Assembly: GCA_977030845.1 (NCBI GenBank)
Contig: OZ365110.1
Coordinates: 40,610,001-40,674,000, forward strand
DNA: 64,000 nucleotides
Source of the DNA: Fimbriosthenelais zetlandica
Taxonomy: Eukaryota
Direction: 5' to 3'
In this document: piece after piece, positions 52,101-64,000 of the stretch
Layout of the letters: every line of letters begins with the position of its first letter
How positions within the stretch are numbered: position 1 is the first letter of the stretch
The notes under the pieces: model-generated
The model's database searches: none
What the model saw: only the letters and a program-made list of their open reading frames with translations
What the model was told of the DNA's origin: nothing
Program-made: the position numbers and the translations under genes

Positions 52101-54684
52101 CAGCCATTGAGAGTGGCAGGGGTCAGGAAATGGGAACCATCAGGCCCTGACATGCTTCCTACGCTGGAACATCGGCCAGGCTTCCTGTTCATGACCATAA
52201 CTAGGTTCAGCCCACTATAAACTTCTCCCGATCTGACTTTACTGCCTCGACAAAACATTCTTGCTCTGAATTTCCACAGTGAAAATATGTTTTCTGATTT
52301 GAAAAAAAAGACTACCAAGATCTAACAGGTTTTGATTTGTGTTGCTGAGTTGTCATATCTCCCGATCATGTTTTAGTCCCTCCAGAAACAGGATTAAATG
52401 TATTTCTCTGGATTTCGACCATGAAATATGTCTTCTTATTTGAGAAAGAATATTGGTCTGCCATGGTCTTCAAAATGGTTTACGTCGATTTGTGTTGCTG
52501 AATTGATAGTAACAAAAAATCACTTTAATTATACTATTGTTCTGGCCCTGTACAAAAGTTGTGGTTGACTGTGATCCGATTAGCATACTATATAGTTAGT
52601 ATTACAAAGTCCAAATACATTTTTATTTATAGCCAGCAAAGTGGTTGAAAATTCTCGTATCTCACATTGTCAATTATCTATACGAGATGTCCAACGGAAA
52701 GAAAACGTGTTGAGGTCTCCCCTGCATGGCTCCTTTTCCAATCTTTTATTCAACTCTTATCAATTTATATTATATTATGTATATTCAATTGAGCTGTTTC
52801 TAAAGTTCCTGACTATGTTTACACCCACGGATAATAAGAAATCTGACTTGCTTCATCAGGGGAGTGCTTTCAAGAAAAGGGCCTGATCCGATATAAATTT
52901 ATATCGAAATCTTACGGCCCAGACATAATTTTGTGTCTTCTAACAACAGTAATGTGATCATGCTGATTCGGCAGAGCTCAAACTATCTTCCTCCTTATCC
53001 ATTTTCCCATGAAACAAATTTCCATTCTCGATTGCAGTTCATATTTCCTGAGGGCTACTCATTGATAAATGCCCGTTCCGCGGTTATTAGTCTCAATTGA
53101 TGCTTATCCTTAAAGGAGTTTTTCCCATGAAAAAGTGTATCATTGAATATGTTCTCCTTGCTCGGCATTTCTCCATCATTGGCTTTTATCAGGGAGAGAG
53201 TACATCATGGGGAGAAGGGCTTGTGTAGGCTCAGGGAGTAAGGCTGAGCTGAGGCTTGGTGGGGATAAACATAGATGATGCCTCATGCTTGAAGCTTGGA
53301 GAAAAGGGGCCTAGATCAACACCTGACAGAGGCTGGGTCTGAGCCTAGGTAAATATAGACTACTTGGATTGATAGGACGCTGATTGGAGAGAATAGTGAA
53401 CGCAGCATGATGTCGCAACCGGCCATCAGATGTGACTATGTCCCACCGAGGTTTGAAACGCACACAGAACACTGCTTCGCACCAAAAGTGCCAAATGTTT
53501 CTCAGCAATATTGAAGCATCAGCATGATTTATATATAGGAGAAAAAACCCTTTTCTCCGCTGTTTAGACCATGTAATTATTGGTCTCTCCCAATTTTTCC
53601 TTAATATTTTGGGTTATTAGGTTTTGTTAATCGAATCAGCATTATCCAATCCTTTTGGGAAAGGATCCGTAAATAGGATTAAAATTTAGATGGCTTCATT
53701 AGGAGAAAAGTGATGATCCATAACCCTTCGTAATTTGGTTTCCATTATGTCGCAAGGAAATTGATTTGTGCAGGAACATGGCTTGCAAGTCTACCTGAAT
53801 TACTATTTTAAAATACAACAGGTTGGGTTTATTTTTCAACACAATAATTTATAGTACTCCCTGTGCCATTTCCATATTGCATAGTGCAGATTCCTATCAA
53901 GTGTCGGTGCAGCCATATCTACGCTATCTGATACATATGCTTTTTGCAACAAGGCATTTTTTTCGAAGTATTCACGCACGTATAAAGGTCCTGCCTCTGG
54001 GGATTTGGAGCTCCTTGCTCAAGATGGAAGAGTTCAAAGATTCGGTCCCACGATAAAAGAGATGGGAAGTCCTATTGTAACTGATACTCCGCGGCTTTGA
54101 CTTCATCATCGCTCACAATCGCTGCTTTTATTGCATACATTTGCTCTTTTATCGCTCCTATGGGAAATTGCTAGGCGAGTATCAGAGGAGGTTCAGCATA
54201 TCACGGCAGTAATACATGCGGCGATGACTTTCTAACTGATTCCTGTCTCTTATTTAAAGGGCAATAAGTCACTTGTACTCTTTGTTGAAAGTCCCTACAG
54301 GCTGCAGGACCCAATTAAGGAAAACCTGCAGAAAATGTAGCCTGGCAAACGAATGATTTATTTAGCATAGACCCAGGTTTAAGACACCCAAATGCATCCT
54401 GTAAACTTCAGATGCTTGGATAAAGATGTTAGTTGCAAGAATAAATTCCTTTATGGTATTCATTGAATAACCCTTATATATTTACTTTCCTTCCAACTAA
54501 GTCAAACGAGGACTCAAAAGGCAATGCCAAATTTCTGATCAAGTTGATCTTTCCATCATTCAATTGGTCTCATAAAAGCTTTCCATGCTACAAGCTTTCT
54601 CTGAATTTCAGTTGAGAAGTCTTTTTGACAGATGTCTGAGAACCTGCCTCTTGGCCACAGGTACAAATGGTAAGCTCAGTATAC

Positions 54685-54747
54685 GTCCCGAATTGAACTC
54701 GTAACCTTCTGTGAATGAGCTACATGGTAGTTTAACCAACCGAACCA
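54685..54747 (-). mobile_element. Degenerate tRNA-like SINE head
   Basis: The minus strand TGGTTCGGTTGGTTAA...GAAGGTTACGAGTTCAATTCGGGAC has A-box-like and B-box-like elements at tRNA spacing. It does not form a convincing cloverleaf. Confidence 0.45.
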
Positions 54748-55735
54748 GTTCTTTCTAATGGCGAAAGCCCCTACATCCAGAAGACTCTTATCCCCTAAAG
54801 GATATCTATTTTGGGCCAAGAATTCAAACTAACCTAATTCCAAAACATTAAAAGCTGTGGTATAGAGCTTCTGGTAATGTCTTTTCCTCCGACAAACCAT
54901 GTTCATCGGATCATCAGGACTTTGGAGACTGAAAGGAATATTTAGTTGAGTTTTGGGAGGGGATAACAGTCACAAATCAGAGATTATAGGCGACAGCTCC
55001 AGCTGTGTCTCAACACTTGTAGGGAATACATGCTTACTATACTCTCCACCTTCTACCTAAACATAGGAAATGTAGTTCCACCCAACCCGGCCAACAGATG
55101 GTAATATAAAAATCGACTCGATCACCCGATGATTTATAGTCGTACAATAATTAAGAGCTCATTATCTTAGTTTTGATTTTATCCACAAACCCTCCTTGCT
55201 TGGTCTGTTCCTTATTGGGGTATAGCTCCATTGGATATCTTGCGATTTTTGTGGTTGACGCAATTTTCTCCCGAATCTATTGGATCTGAAAGCACATGTA
55301 GGAGCTTGTTATTTGCGGCTAAATTATACTCTATTTGTGAGTGATGCAACTGTTGCGGTAGTTGCATCCGGAAAATCGCAACTCACATGGCAAAGACATG
55401 AGCTACTCCATGACTAACAGATGGAATGATAGGTAGTAGGCCTACCAAATCTGATGGTTGGTTGGCGATTATGGGTTTGGTGGGTTAGGCCCATGAGCCA
55501 TGACGTATTCTTGTCTATGTCTATTACATTTATCAGACGTCTATAGTATACATTTGGGAGAGTTTTCTAATCGTTCCAGTGTTAATACTGCAAGAAGATG
55601 TAGAGCACTGCATAAATTGTGGGCTTTTCGGTGTCTATGGTGGGTTATAATCGTGTTATTTGCCTACCTGGTGAATGGGGTGAGATCGGTGACACCACCT
55701 GTGCCTCATCTAGCCTGTATAGACACAGGGCTTAA

Positions 55736-55819
55736 GGCCATTCTCCACTGGTACGTTTTCCGTGCTACGCAAGTGCGACGAAGGTGTGACACGGAAAAAT
55801 ACACCACTGGTGGAAGGCC
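55736..55819. mobile_element. Small hairpin element (MITE-like remnant) with about 29-bp imperfect inverted arms
   Basis: Left arm GGCCATTCTCCACTGGTACGTTTTCCGTG versus the reverse complement of the right arm, GGCCTTCCACCAGTGGTGTATTTTTCCGTG, with a 25-nt loop. No clear target-site duplication. Confidence 0.45.
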
Positions 55820-58058
55820 AATAGGCCTTTGAGACTTTTAACTACAGTGTATATACAGCCTAACTGGACTGGTACATGATAATATTTTGTGACTGAATTG
55901 TGTTGCAGCAGTGGAGGACTGGATTTACGAAAGATGTTCACCCATCCTTACCATCAGATTAAGTAAATTCCTTTAGATGGTTTGGTGGTCTAATAGCCAA
56001 ATGTTTCTTTCTATAACCATCAACTAGTGCCCCATGCACCAGGCGTTTTTCCATGTCTTAATGTCTACTTTTTTGAGTCTTCATCTTATAAGGTACTAAA
56101 ATTACCTTTATATTGTAAAAGAATTGTGGGGTGGGGGGAGGGGTGCAAAAAAAATAGCAAGTGGTTTATGCCTATCCGTCACTAGCCACTCTGTCAGACA
56201 AATCATGTTGAAGATGAATTTATTAGTTTTCCCGAAGTCAACCAAGCTGTCTTGGGATATACTTGCTGCCTTTGATGTGCACCAATTTGCTTGTGAGGAG
56301 AGTCTGAGGGCTTGTAAGCTTGTATGAACAAGGAATGTCTGCGCGTCCATCTCCTCCTGCCATCAGAGCCTCACAAGACCCCAGTCCTGCCCTCTCGTGA
56401 CGTCTGCCAGAGTTAGGGAGATGACCAGCCAGGGTCAGCCACTGCTCCAGGGCGTGAGTAAGAACGCCTGTCAGACGCAATTAACCCATAGGACAGAACT
56501 ACTGGACAGTAGAAGATACATTGGTCAGTCCTCTCTCTCTCTCTATGCTAGTTCAAGCATTATACTCTTGCTGCTCCTGTTCATACGATGTCTTCCAATC
56601 TACAGTCTAATTTGCTTCTGAATGTCAGGTTCTTTTCAAAGTTACTCAGCAGATATGCTCGGAATTTGACATCATTCTCTTGTTATTTATGAGAAAACCA
56701 CATCCCATTTCTTTTTCATTGAATTTCATTCAAAATAAATTTTGGTATTGGAGACATTGAATTACTTTACGGTCATTTCAGTGCACGGCCTAGTATGGCA
56801 AAAAATTATTGGCAGAAAATTGCTCTGGCATGAACATAAAATGAAAAACGGAGAAAGTCAGTATTTTGCTGTGGCTGTGACTGTGGTTAAGATGTGTGTT
56901 TTAGTCCCCATGTCTAGAAAAAACAACAGGTTTTAAATAAAATGCAGTCAGTCAGTTTTATCAATGGTGGAAGCCACAAAATACCCCAAACTCAAGGCGT
57001 TCTTCCCATTCCAGGTTGTGCTTTCCCGCCAGCAAATTGCCTTCCGACCATTGTAATTATCCCATGGAAAATGACCCGTCTGTTTAAATACTGCCGGAGG
57101 AATTCTGGTTTCAAATGGTCATCCTGATATGATGTTTTGTGGAATTCTTTCGGATGAGATGAATTGTAAATGAAAAGTAGAGAAGAACGTGTCTTGTGAG
57201 TATCCAAAGGATCATGCTTGTAATTATTATTCCAGTGATGGCTTGGCTAAATCAATGTCAACTTATCATTATTATTTCATCATGGGACTTTTTGAATATT
57301 ATTTAGTGATCCTAATGGCAGTTTAGCTTTAGGGACAACATTTTAATTATGAGTATTTAACTTGTAGATAAATTGATTCATTGGTCAGGAATAGACTCTG
57401 GGAAAATGTCAGGACTTGGATCAGACATGACTATACTCTGTCCACTGTTTGTTGTGGTGTAATTGTTGTGTGGTGGTTGTTGGGAGACCCCCTTCCTCCT
57501 CTGGTCGCCGTCTAATCGTAATCCAGTTCGTCTGGCAATGTTAACAAAGGCTATTTACAAACCAATCTTCTATCCTGATTGGCCTCCGCCTTCCAGCATC
57601 CTTAGAAAACGAAGCTTCTTACTCTGGTCGACTTACCTCTAAACTTGGAGAACTATTCCAGATGGGCAATTCCCAATGGTATATTTTTATCCCAAATAAG
57701 ATTTTTTTTTGTTCAATTCTACAGACTGTGTTTCGGACGATTATACAATCTAGATCTGTTTATAATATGCCAAGGTTAACATCCCAATCGAATCTTCTTC
57801 ATATCATCTAGGAAGTGATGCAAGGCAATATGCTGAAGTGAAATGAGAGATTAACAATTGTGTTGAAGTGTAGGTCTTATACTAGCATGCATGGTAAGTG
57901 CAGTTACTGGGAAGCAGTGACTCTGCTGGAATGCTCGAGTGGCCATAGATGGACAGTGGTTGGATCATATCCTGCAATGTTGAGGTCCTATAGCTATAGT
58001 ATTGGTATTTATGCTGGTATGTCTGCCTTCTATTAACCATACATTCCTTCTGTAGGAA

Positions 58059-58140
58059 CTAAGGAACAGTGGAACTGAGTTTCTTAATGTACTGTGTAGC
58101 TAAGGAACAGTGGAACTGATTTTCTTAATATACTGTGCAG
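58059..58140. repeat. 41-bp tandem duplication
   Basis: CTAAGGAACAGTGGAACTGAGTTTCTTAATGTACTGTGTAG is followed by a copy with 3 substitutions. Confidence 0.92.
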
Positions 58141-59103
58141 CTCCATTCAGATTCCATCCTGAAGCCTTTGTCAAGAAATTATTTTTTAGGGGGCGTTCAA
58201 ATACTAAATGAGCCTCGAGCAGGTTGCAGCCAGTTGCTTTTTTTTTTGCTCCATTTGATTCATATATAACCAGAGTGGAGAAGTTTTCGTGGGCGTGGGC
58301 GTTGTTCTATGCCACTTGGATCCTGGTGCATTTTATGTATGAGATCCAATTTCTTTCAACGGTAATCTGATGATTTTGAGTGTTGCATGTTGGATTTCTA
58401 GCTTAGTTCATTCAATACAGATGCGTACTTAATCATGTCTTTCTTCCATGATGCGCAATCAGCAAACCGCCTTGAATCAACCTCTCCGTCTTGGTTTTCT
58501 GTTCATTCACCCACGTCCTCCCTGCGATCCCTCACATTCCTTCTGCCACAAGCCACGAACACTAAATGGTATTCATTACAGTTTTATATATCGATACAAA
58601 TGTCTCAAACCAGTGCTTACAATGTTAATTTACTTGGATGTCAGGAGAGGTACCTTTTTTCCAACACTTAACCAAATCTCATTACCAAACGGCAGTTGTT
58701 TTTTCACTAGTTCCTGTGGACAATTCCCCACGGGATCAAACTGTAATGAGGTTCGTATTTATGGCGCCAAAATGGGGCTTTTCTTAAATGCTTAAACTTG
58801 AACTCGCGTTCTGTATTGTTTGCCACTGAAAGGTGCCATCTGCCTTCCTTAAATCTTCAAGATTTCCTTTTACATTCTTCTGAAAGAATTTCGTTTTGGA
58901 GTGTTTTGGTGGGCTCTTACACATTGTCAAGTGTTAGGGAAAGGGTCCTTTTTCAAACTCTTATTTATACCCAATAATTGGGTATTAATAATTGTTCAGA
59001 AGGCGATGGTTTTGATGTTGCTTTTAAATCAGTTTTGATGTTGCTTGCTTGCAGTGTTACAGGCCATTTTACTTCTTGCTCTCCATATATATGCATATTA
59101 AGC

Positions 59104-59340
59104 TGTATAGTGGTGAGAGTGTCTGCCCCATGTCTGGAAGGTTCTAACCGCGGCGGGTCAATCCAATGACTAAAACATTGGAACTAGTGGCTCCCTCGCA
59201 TGGTACTCGGCATAAGAGGAGAGTACTAGGACTGGTCGGCCTGGTGTCAGGATAATGTGACTCAGTGATGCCATGTGCCTGCGAAGTGATACCTCAGTTT
59301 TACAAAAGGTCATGACCAGGAAAATGAATTCCTTATATAT
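59104..59340 (+). mobile_element. Second copy of the 48815 SINE family, internally deleted
   Basis: GTATAGTGGTGAGAGTGTCTGCCCCATGTCTGGAAGGTTCTAACC aligns to the head of the first copy with the B box partly deleted. GAGAGTACTAGGACTGGTCGGCCTGGTGTCAGGATAATGTGA and ATGCCATGTGCCTG align to its body. Confidence 0.8.
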
Positions 59341-60677
59341 ACATGTATACATGTTCATTTCTCTAACTCCTTTCGATTCTTGACAGATTCTATGTATGGG
59401 CGCTGAGCATTGAGTTTGTATACTTGATGCATATCAATCAGTAGAAGGTGGATTTAATCTCTCTCCCCTCTCCTCATACATCAACCATCTTCTCCCCCGG
59501 CCAGGGATTCCATGTCAGGGAGCTCGCATTTTAACAGCTGTTGAACCTCCTCTTTTAATTTCCTTTCATACCAGTGCGGGCTTGTAGCTGGTTTTTGCAT
59601 GAACAACCACCTGAGACTTGCTTCCCTGCTTTTATGCACTGTACACAAGGTGAAGCTCCATGTAGAAGCCGTGTGAAGCAGGGAGAATGGATGATAGATC
59701 ATCCTTTAATGTGGAATATTAATGCTACATGGATTAGCACAACTTGCAAAACCCCCACCCCTGCCAGCTCCCAGGACTGGTTGTCTTTGGGATTTCCCAT
59801 TATAATTCACACTCACATGATACACGTAATTGACACGGGAGGCTTGGATGATTGTTTATACCCCAGCTCCTGTTTTATATAGGCCCATCCATTAATGCCT
59901 CATGAAATGCTAGCGCGCCTCTCTGTTGAATCTGAATTCATTGACTTTTGAAAGCTGTTTGTTCCAGATTGAAGTGCTTTAATCTCCATGGAGAGTGCTC
60001 ACTCTTGGAATTTTCAACCGCCACCTGTCTGCCCGCTCGAGGGTTTTAAAACAAATGAGTGGCAAAACCCAACCCATCAAGAGAAGAGCAAAGGTTCGCG
60101 TCACCTGTCCTTTCTGCTCACGCATTAAAAAATAACTCATTGATATTAATTCCTCACAAAGGCCTCCCCTCCTGAACACCCCCGTAGGTATAAGCAATTC
60201 CATTAATATGCTTATGATATAATACAAATCCGATTGCTCCTGGCCTAAGTTGAATTCTTGATAAAACATCTATTGAAAACAGTATCGCTTTAGTGTCATT
60301 GAAGTGAATAAGTTGTGAATCATTTTCTGGCCCTGCCTAAAGGATTTGTGATTCAGTCATACATGTTTCTCTCTCAACTGAGATTTCCTAAGAGCAAAGT
60401 TTGTTTTTCTCCGCAACGCTTCCTTTGTTGCTCTTGAAGTCAATACTATATGTTAGAGACGTGTTGGAACCTTCACAGAGTGAAGCTCCCATTTCTGCAG
60501 AATGTCATCAGATTCTGTGATTTGACTTTTTGCCAGACTGTCTACCTTTGTGCAGTCGTTACGTGGGCAATTGAGTATTGAAACTTCAAGGAGCACAGCC
60601 GACCTGTGTTGTACATGCATGGATATATGCTCTAGATTTGTTCATGAGTGAGATATCTCTGAACTGGGACAACTCAC

Positions 60678-60701
60678 CTCTCTCGGAATTGCCAGATCTA
60701 G
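60678..60701 (-). CDS. Candidate 24-nt micro-exon
   Basis: Branch point TACTAAT, then tgtgctttacccatgcaaCAG|CTAGATCTGGCAATTCCGAGAGAG|GTGAGT. Both sites are consensus and the length is 3n (LDLAIPRE in phase 0, RSGNSER in phase 1). Confidence 0.3.
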
Positions 60702-63700
60702 CTGTTGCATGGGTAAAGCACAATTAGTACTGAGATCTCGAGGTGCAGAAGAGTAAAAACCGACGAAAACTATTCCAAGAATTCCCAGAGGAAAGGGTAT
60801 AGATTAGGATGCGTGTCCTATACGGAAGGAAGCAATTAATTTTCTTGTATAATAATTCTGCCATACAGTATTTGCCCAAAAATTATGCATAAATTGAGAT
60901 CCCATATTCCCTGAAATTTCAGAATTAATAATGTATATAAAAGTATATTATTGTACTTTTAATATGCATAAAAGTATTTTAATTATACGTTTACGTGGAT
61001 AGAGTAAATTATTGCACTTTGAAGCATGCATTTCATCAGTGTTGGGCTTGGATATCGAAAGATTTCACATTCAAAAAAGCGAAGCAGGGATTTCTAACAC
61101 ACCTGCTTCAACACTAATCTCCTTGACCAAATTTCAAAGCTTTTAAAAGAGCTTTAATACAAATTACTTTGAAAGCTTTGAGTTATTGACCGTCAAATTT
61201 CATGGCATTCTGTGTATATTTGATGATATTGTCTTCTGATAATTGAAAATGATGAAAATAATAATTCACTTTTTTCTTTGCAAAACCTTTCGTGATACAG
61301 CATAGCAGACTGAATGAAGGCATCAAAATCATTAAATCGGTGCATCAATTTATCTGCCAAAAATGTACTGTGCTAAACTGTACATGAAGTATAAATAGAT
61401 TAGATTGATTTATAAAACCAATCCTTTCATTGTGCAATCCAGCTCGCATATTAAAAGGTCTCAGGGATTGAGCTGCCAACCCTCGGGAATTAACTCATCT
61501 GGAATGTCTTTCCATCACCCGATTATGCCTATTTCCCTGCGCTCTACAATAGAGCAAATACACTAAACATGCTGAGAATTTAAGAGCTTCTGAAAACCTT
61601 ACTTTAAAAGCTCCATGAGAATATTTAAAAAACCTTCAATGATGTCAGTTGCAGCTAATTCCCATATGAAAGCTTTTCCATTGAATTGGCCAGTGGCTTT
61701 TTGAACGTGACGTGGAAAGCATCCTTTCGATATTGGATATAATCAAGGACCTTTCATGTGTTTCACTCGAAGAAAACACAATGACTCCTAACGTGCCTTC
61801 CTTGAAGCAAACCATCTTAAGCCCATTTAGTACATGATTGATCCAAGACAAAGTGACAATCGGATTAATCAGAGATAGTATAAGTAGGAGTCGGCTAACT
61901 ATTTCCTTGCTAATTATCAGTTCCCCTGGCTCTGTCACGCCAGAACCAAGTCTCTACTTGATTTCCCACACCACAGCGTCCTCTTCTGGCTTTCGCTTGA
62001 AACACAATGCCCACAGATGACTTCCGGTTCAGAAAATCGGTAATTAGGGAGGCCAATTTGACATGGTAATTGCTGATCTGCTGAACGCACAGATATATAT
62101 GAAGCCTCAGTTTTGAGGTTGTAGAGGAAATTGGCATCCCTGCTCATTCACACAGCAAGTGCTTGCCATTTCCACTATAGAATTTGTAAGACCCATATTG
62201 CATTCAGTCTACCAGGACATATTGGAAGACCTATTTATTATAACCGGAAATCTATTTTGTCGAGATTTTCAATCCACTTCATTGGGAACGTGTTCTCCAA
62301 AGACAGATTGATGTTAAAAAAAGGAAATTGGCCTTTAAGAGATATTGAAGAAATCTTGTTATACCACCTTTAAAACAGTGATTCTAGCCAACAGCGAGTC
62401 TGCCCATTGCGTCTGTCTCTGACACAATTGGTGCTTACGCCTTTAAGAATGCTTTAATCATTCCCCCATCCATATCGACAGGCGCGAGCTTACCCGCCAC
62501 TCTTGAGATTATGTCACAATCTGTGCAATGTCGGAAGATTTGCTGGAAAGAATTATTGTGAAAACAAACTTTTCAATTGGCCCCGCAGCTCCGCGCTCTG
62601 CCATGCCACCCCGGGAAAAAAGAAGCTTGGATTTTTTTTTATTCGTTTCAGAGTTTGAAGGCGATAATCGCTCCTGGTATTAAGCGCTGGGACATGAGTT
62701 GACTAATTCGTGACCTGAAATAACCTGAAGGAAATTTCACATTTCTTACAGGCAGGCCAGTGGGACCACATAAAACAGTCAAATAAATCTCCATTCATCC
62801 CCTAATTGGAAGATGTCTGTCAGCTGAGGATCTACTTTTTCCCTACCCATTTGGTTCGCTCGGACTTCAACACATTTTTTCATACAATTAACAAGAAAAG
62901 AAATTGCTTTCGATAGGATTTGCAGGGTGTTATTAATATTGTATGAGATTATTCTCCAGGCTATTTAATGGGGTTGTTGACAAGTCCACTTGAGAAAGTC
63001 TGTAATTGTAATGTCTGTGTTAATAAAGTACCCAGCCGTTGTCCCTTTTCGTGGAAAATGACGACAGTATTAGTGATGATATAGTTGCTTAATGAAATGA
63101 GTAGGCATTGAAACAGCGCATTAAGCCAGCTTGTACATCAGGTCTAAGTAATTATTATGTATACTACATGATGTACAAGATGGCCTCAATGTATAATGGA
63201 CAATCTACACTATAAAATTTATAACAATTTCTCCAAGAATGCGTATGTGATAGACAAGCAAGCCTATGGAGGCAATAAGTTCCCTAATGAATGGACTTAT
63301 GATGGTTTTCCCCTCTCCACATTGGGATTTTATGTACTGCTGCTTTTAAAGGGATATGTGGGAGTCGAAAGGACCTCCACTTTGTGGCCACCTAAGCGAC
63401 TAAAGTACAGTACTAGTCCAATCCCGCCACCCAGTGATAACCGGGTGAACTAAGTGTGAGTGATACATACTTGGTGTTGTCCCACAGACTGCCACTGTGA
63501 GTGGTGTCAATTGTCATATGCCTCTGGGTTCAAAACCATTGATATGGTGACCCCCCCCGCCCTGAATTTCTTTTGCCGTCGTATTCAACATCCTCTGTTG
63601 TATCTGCTGAAAGTTTAAAAGAAATATTATTATTTCTTCAATTTTATTGAACTCGCATGCAGTTATCCCTTTAAGAATATGATGAGCTTCGATGTGGTGA

Positions 63701-63929
63701 AAAAATGCAATAAATCGAATATATGGAAGAGATGTAATGTATATCCAGGATATAAATAATTCTTTTATTATGAAGCTTCAGCCAAACATTTCTGCCAGAC
63801 ATATTATGTTATAGATAACTATACAGAATACTGCTAAATGTGCTTGTATTATATTCGCACAATTGGGGGAATTTTTTAATATTTTTTTTATGATGCTTTA
63901 CTTCCATCTGACGAGCAAAGCAACTATAC

Positions 63930-64000
63930 CGAGAGGGAGCGGGGAGGGGGGGGGGGTGTGAGCAGAAAGATAGGGAGAGAGAGAGGAGACAAAGAGAGGG
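63930..64000. repeat. G-rich and (GA)n purine tract running off the window end
   Basis: GAGAGGGAGCGGGGAGGGGGGGGGGGTGTG...GGGAGAGAGAGAGGAGACAAAGAGAGGG. Confidence 0.85.

Noticed and set aside
54685-54747. A functional tRNA gene
   Set aside because: The A/B boxes are degenerate and the acceptor and anticodon stems do not pair. It is better explained as a SINE head.
59481-59640. Possible Gypsy RT start (KPATSPHWYERKLKEEVQQLLK)
   Set aside because: The expected downstream SPWASP/LCVDYR motifs are not found.
60864-60895. TA-CAGTATTTGCCCAAAAATTATG resembling a Tc1/mariner terminus
   Set aside because: No matching inverted terminus or transposase was found in the window.
63196-63453. 85-aa ATG ORF (MDNLHYKIY...)
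   Set aside because: No recognisable family. Its length is within what chance gives in 64 kb over six frames.

Overview
AT-rich eukaryotic (animal) genomic DNA. Frequent TAGGCCTA/TACATGTA words, poly-G runs, (CT)n/(CCCT)n tracts and tRNA-derived SINEs suggest a marine invertebrate, plausibly an echinoderm (inference only). I recognise no complete protein-coding gene, no intact autonomous transposon, and no rRNA, true tRNA or CRISPR array. The ORF track is essentially noise from non-coding and low-complexity sequence. The window reads as a gene-poor stretch or giant intron. It holds two copies of one SINE family, more degraded SINE heads, 46-bp and 42-bp minisatellites, microsatellites, and decayed transposon fragments (P-element/THAP9-like transposase, LINE ORF1; weaker Copia and Gypsy hints). 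It also has a compact CRE-CRE-TATA-Inr promoter-like module and several isolated micro-exon candidates. The most striking pattern is three plus-strand sites (7903/7904, 27718/27719, 38621/38622). At each, a 3' splice site abuts a 5' splice site (YAG|GT) and a second consensus donor follows 34-48 nt later, enclosing a stop-containing or frameshifting cryptic exon. This is the architecture of recursive-splicing ratchet points. It is a sequence-only hypothesis that needs RNA evidence.
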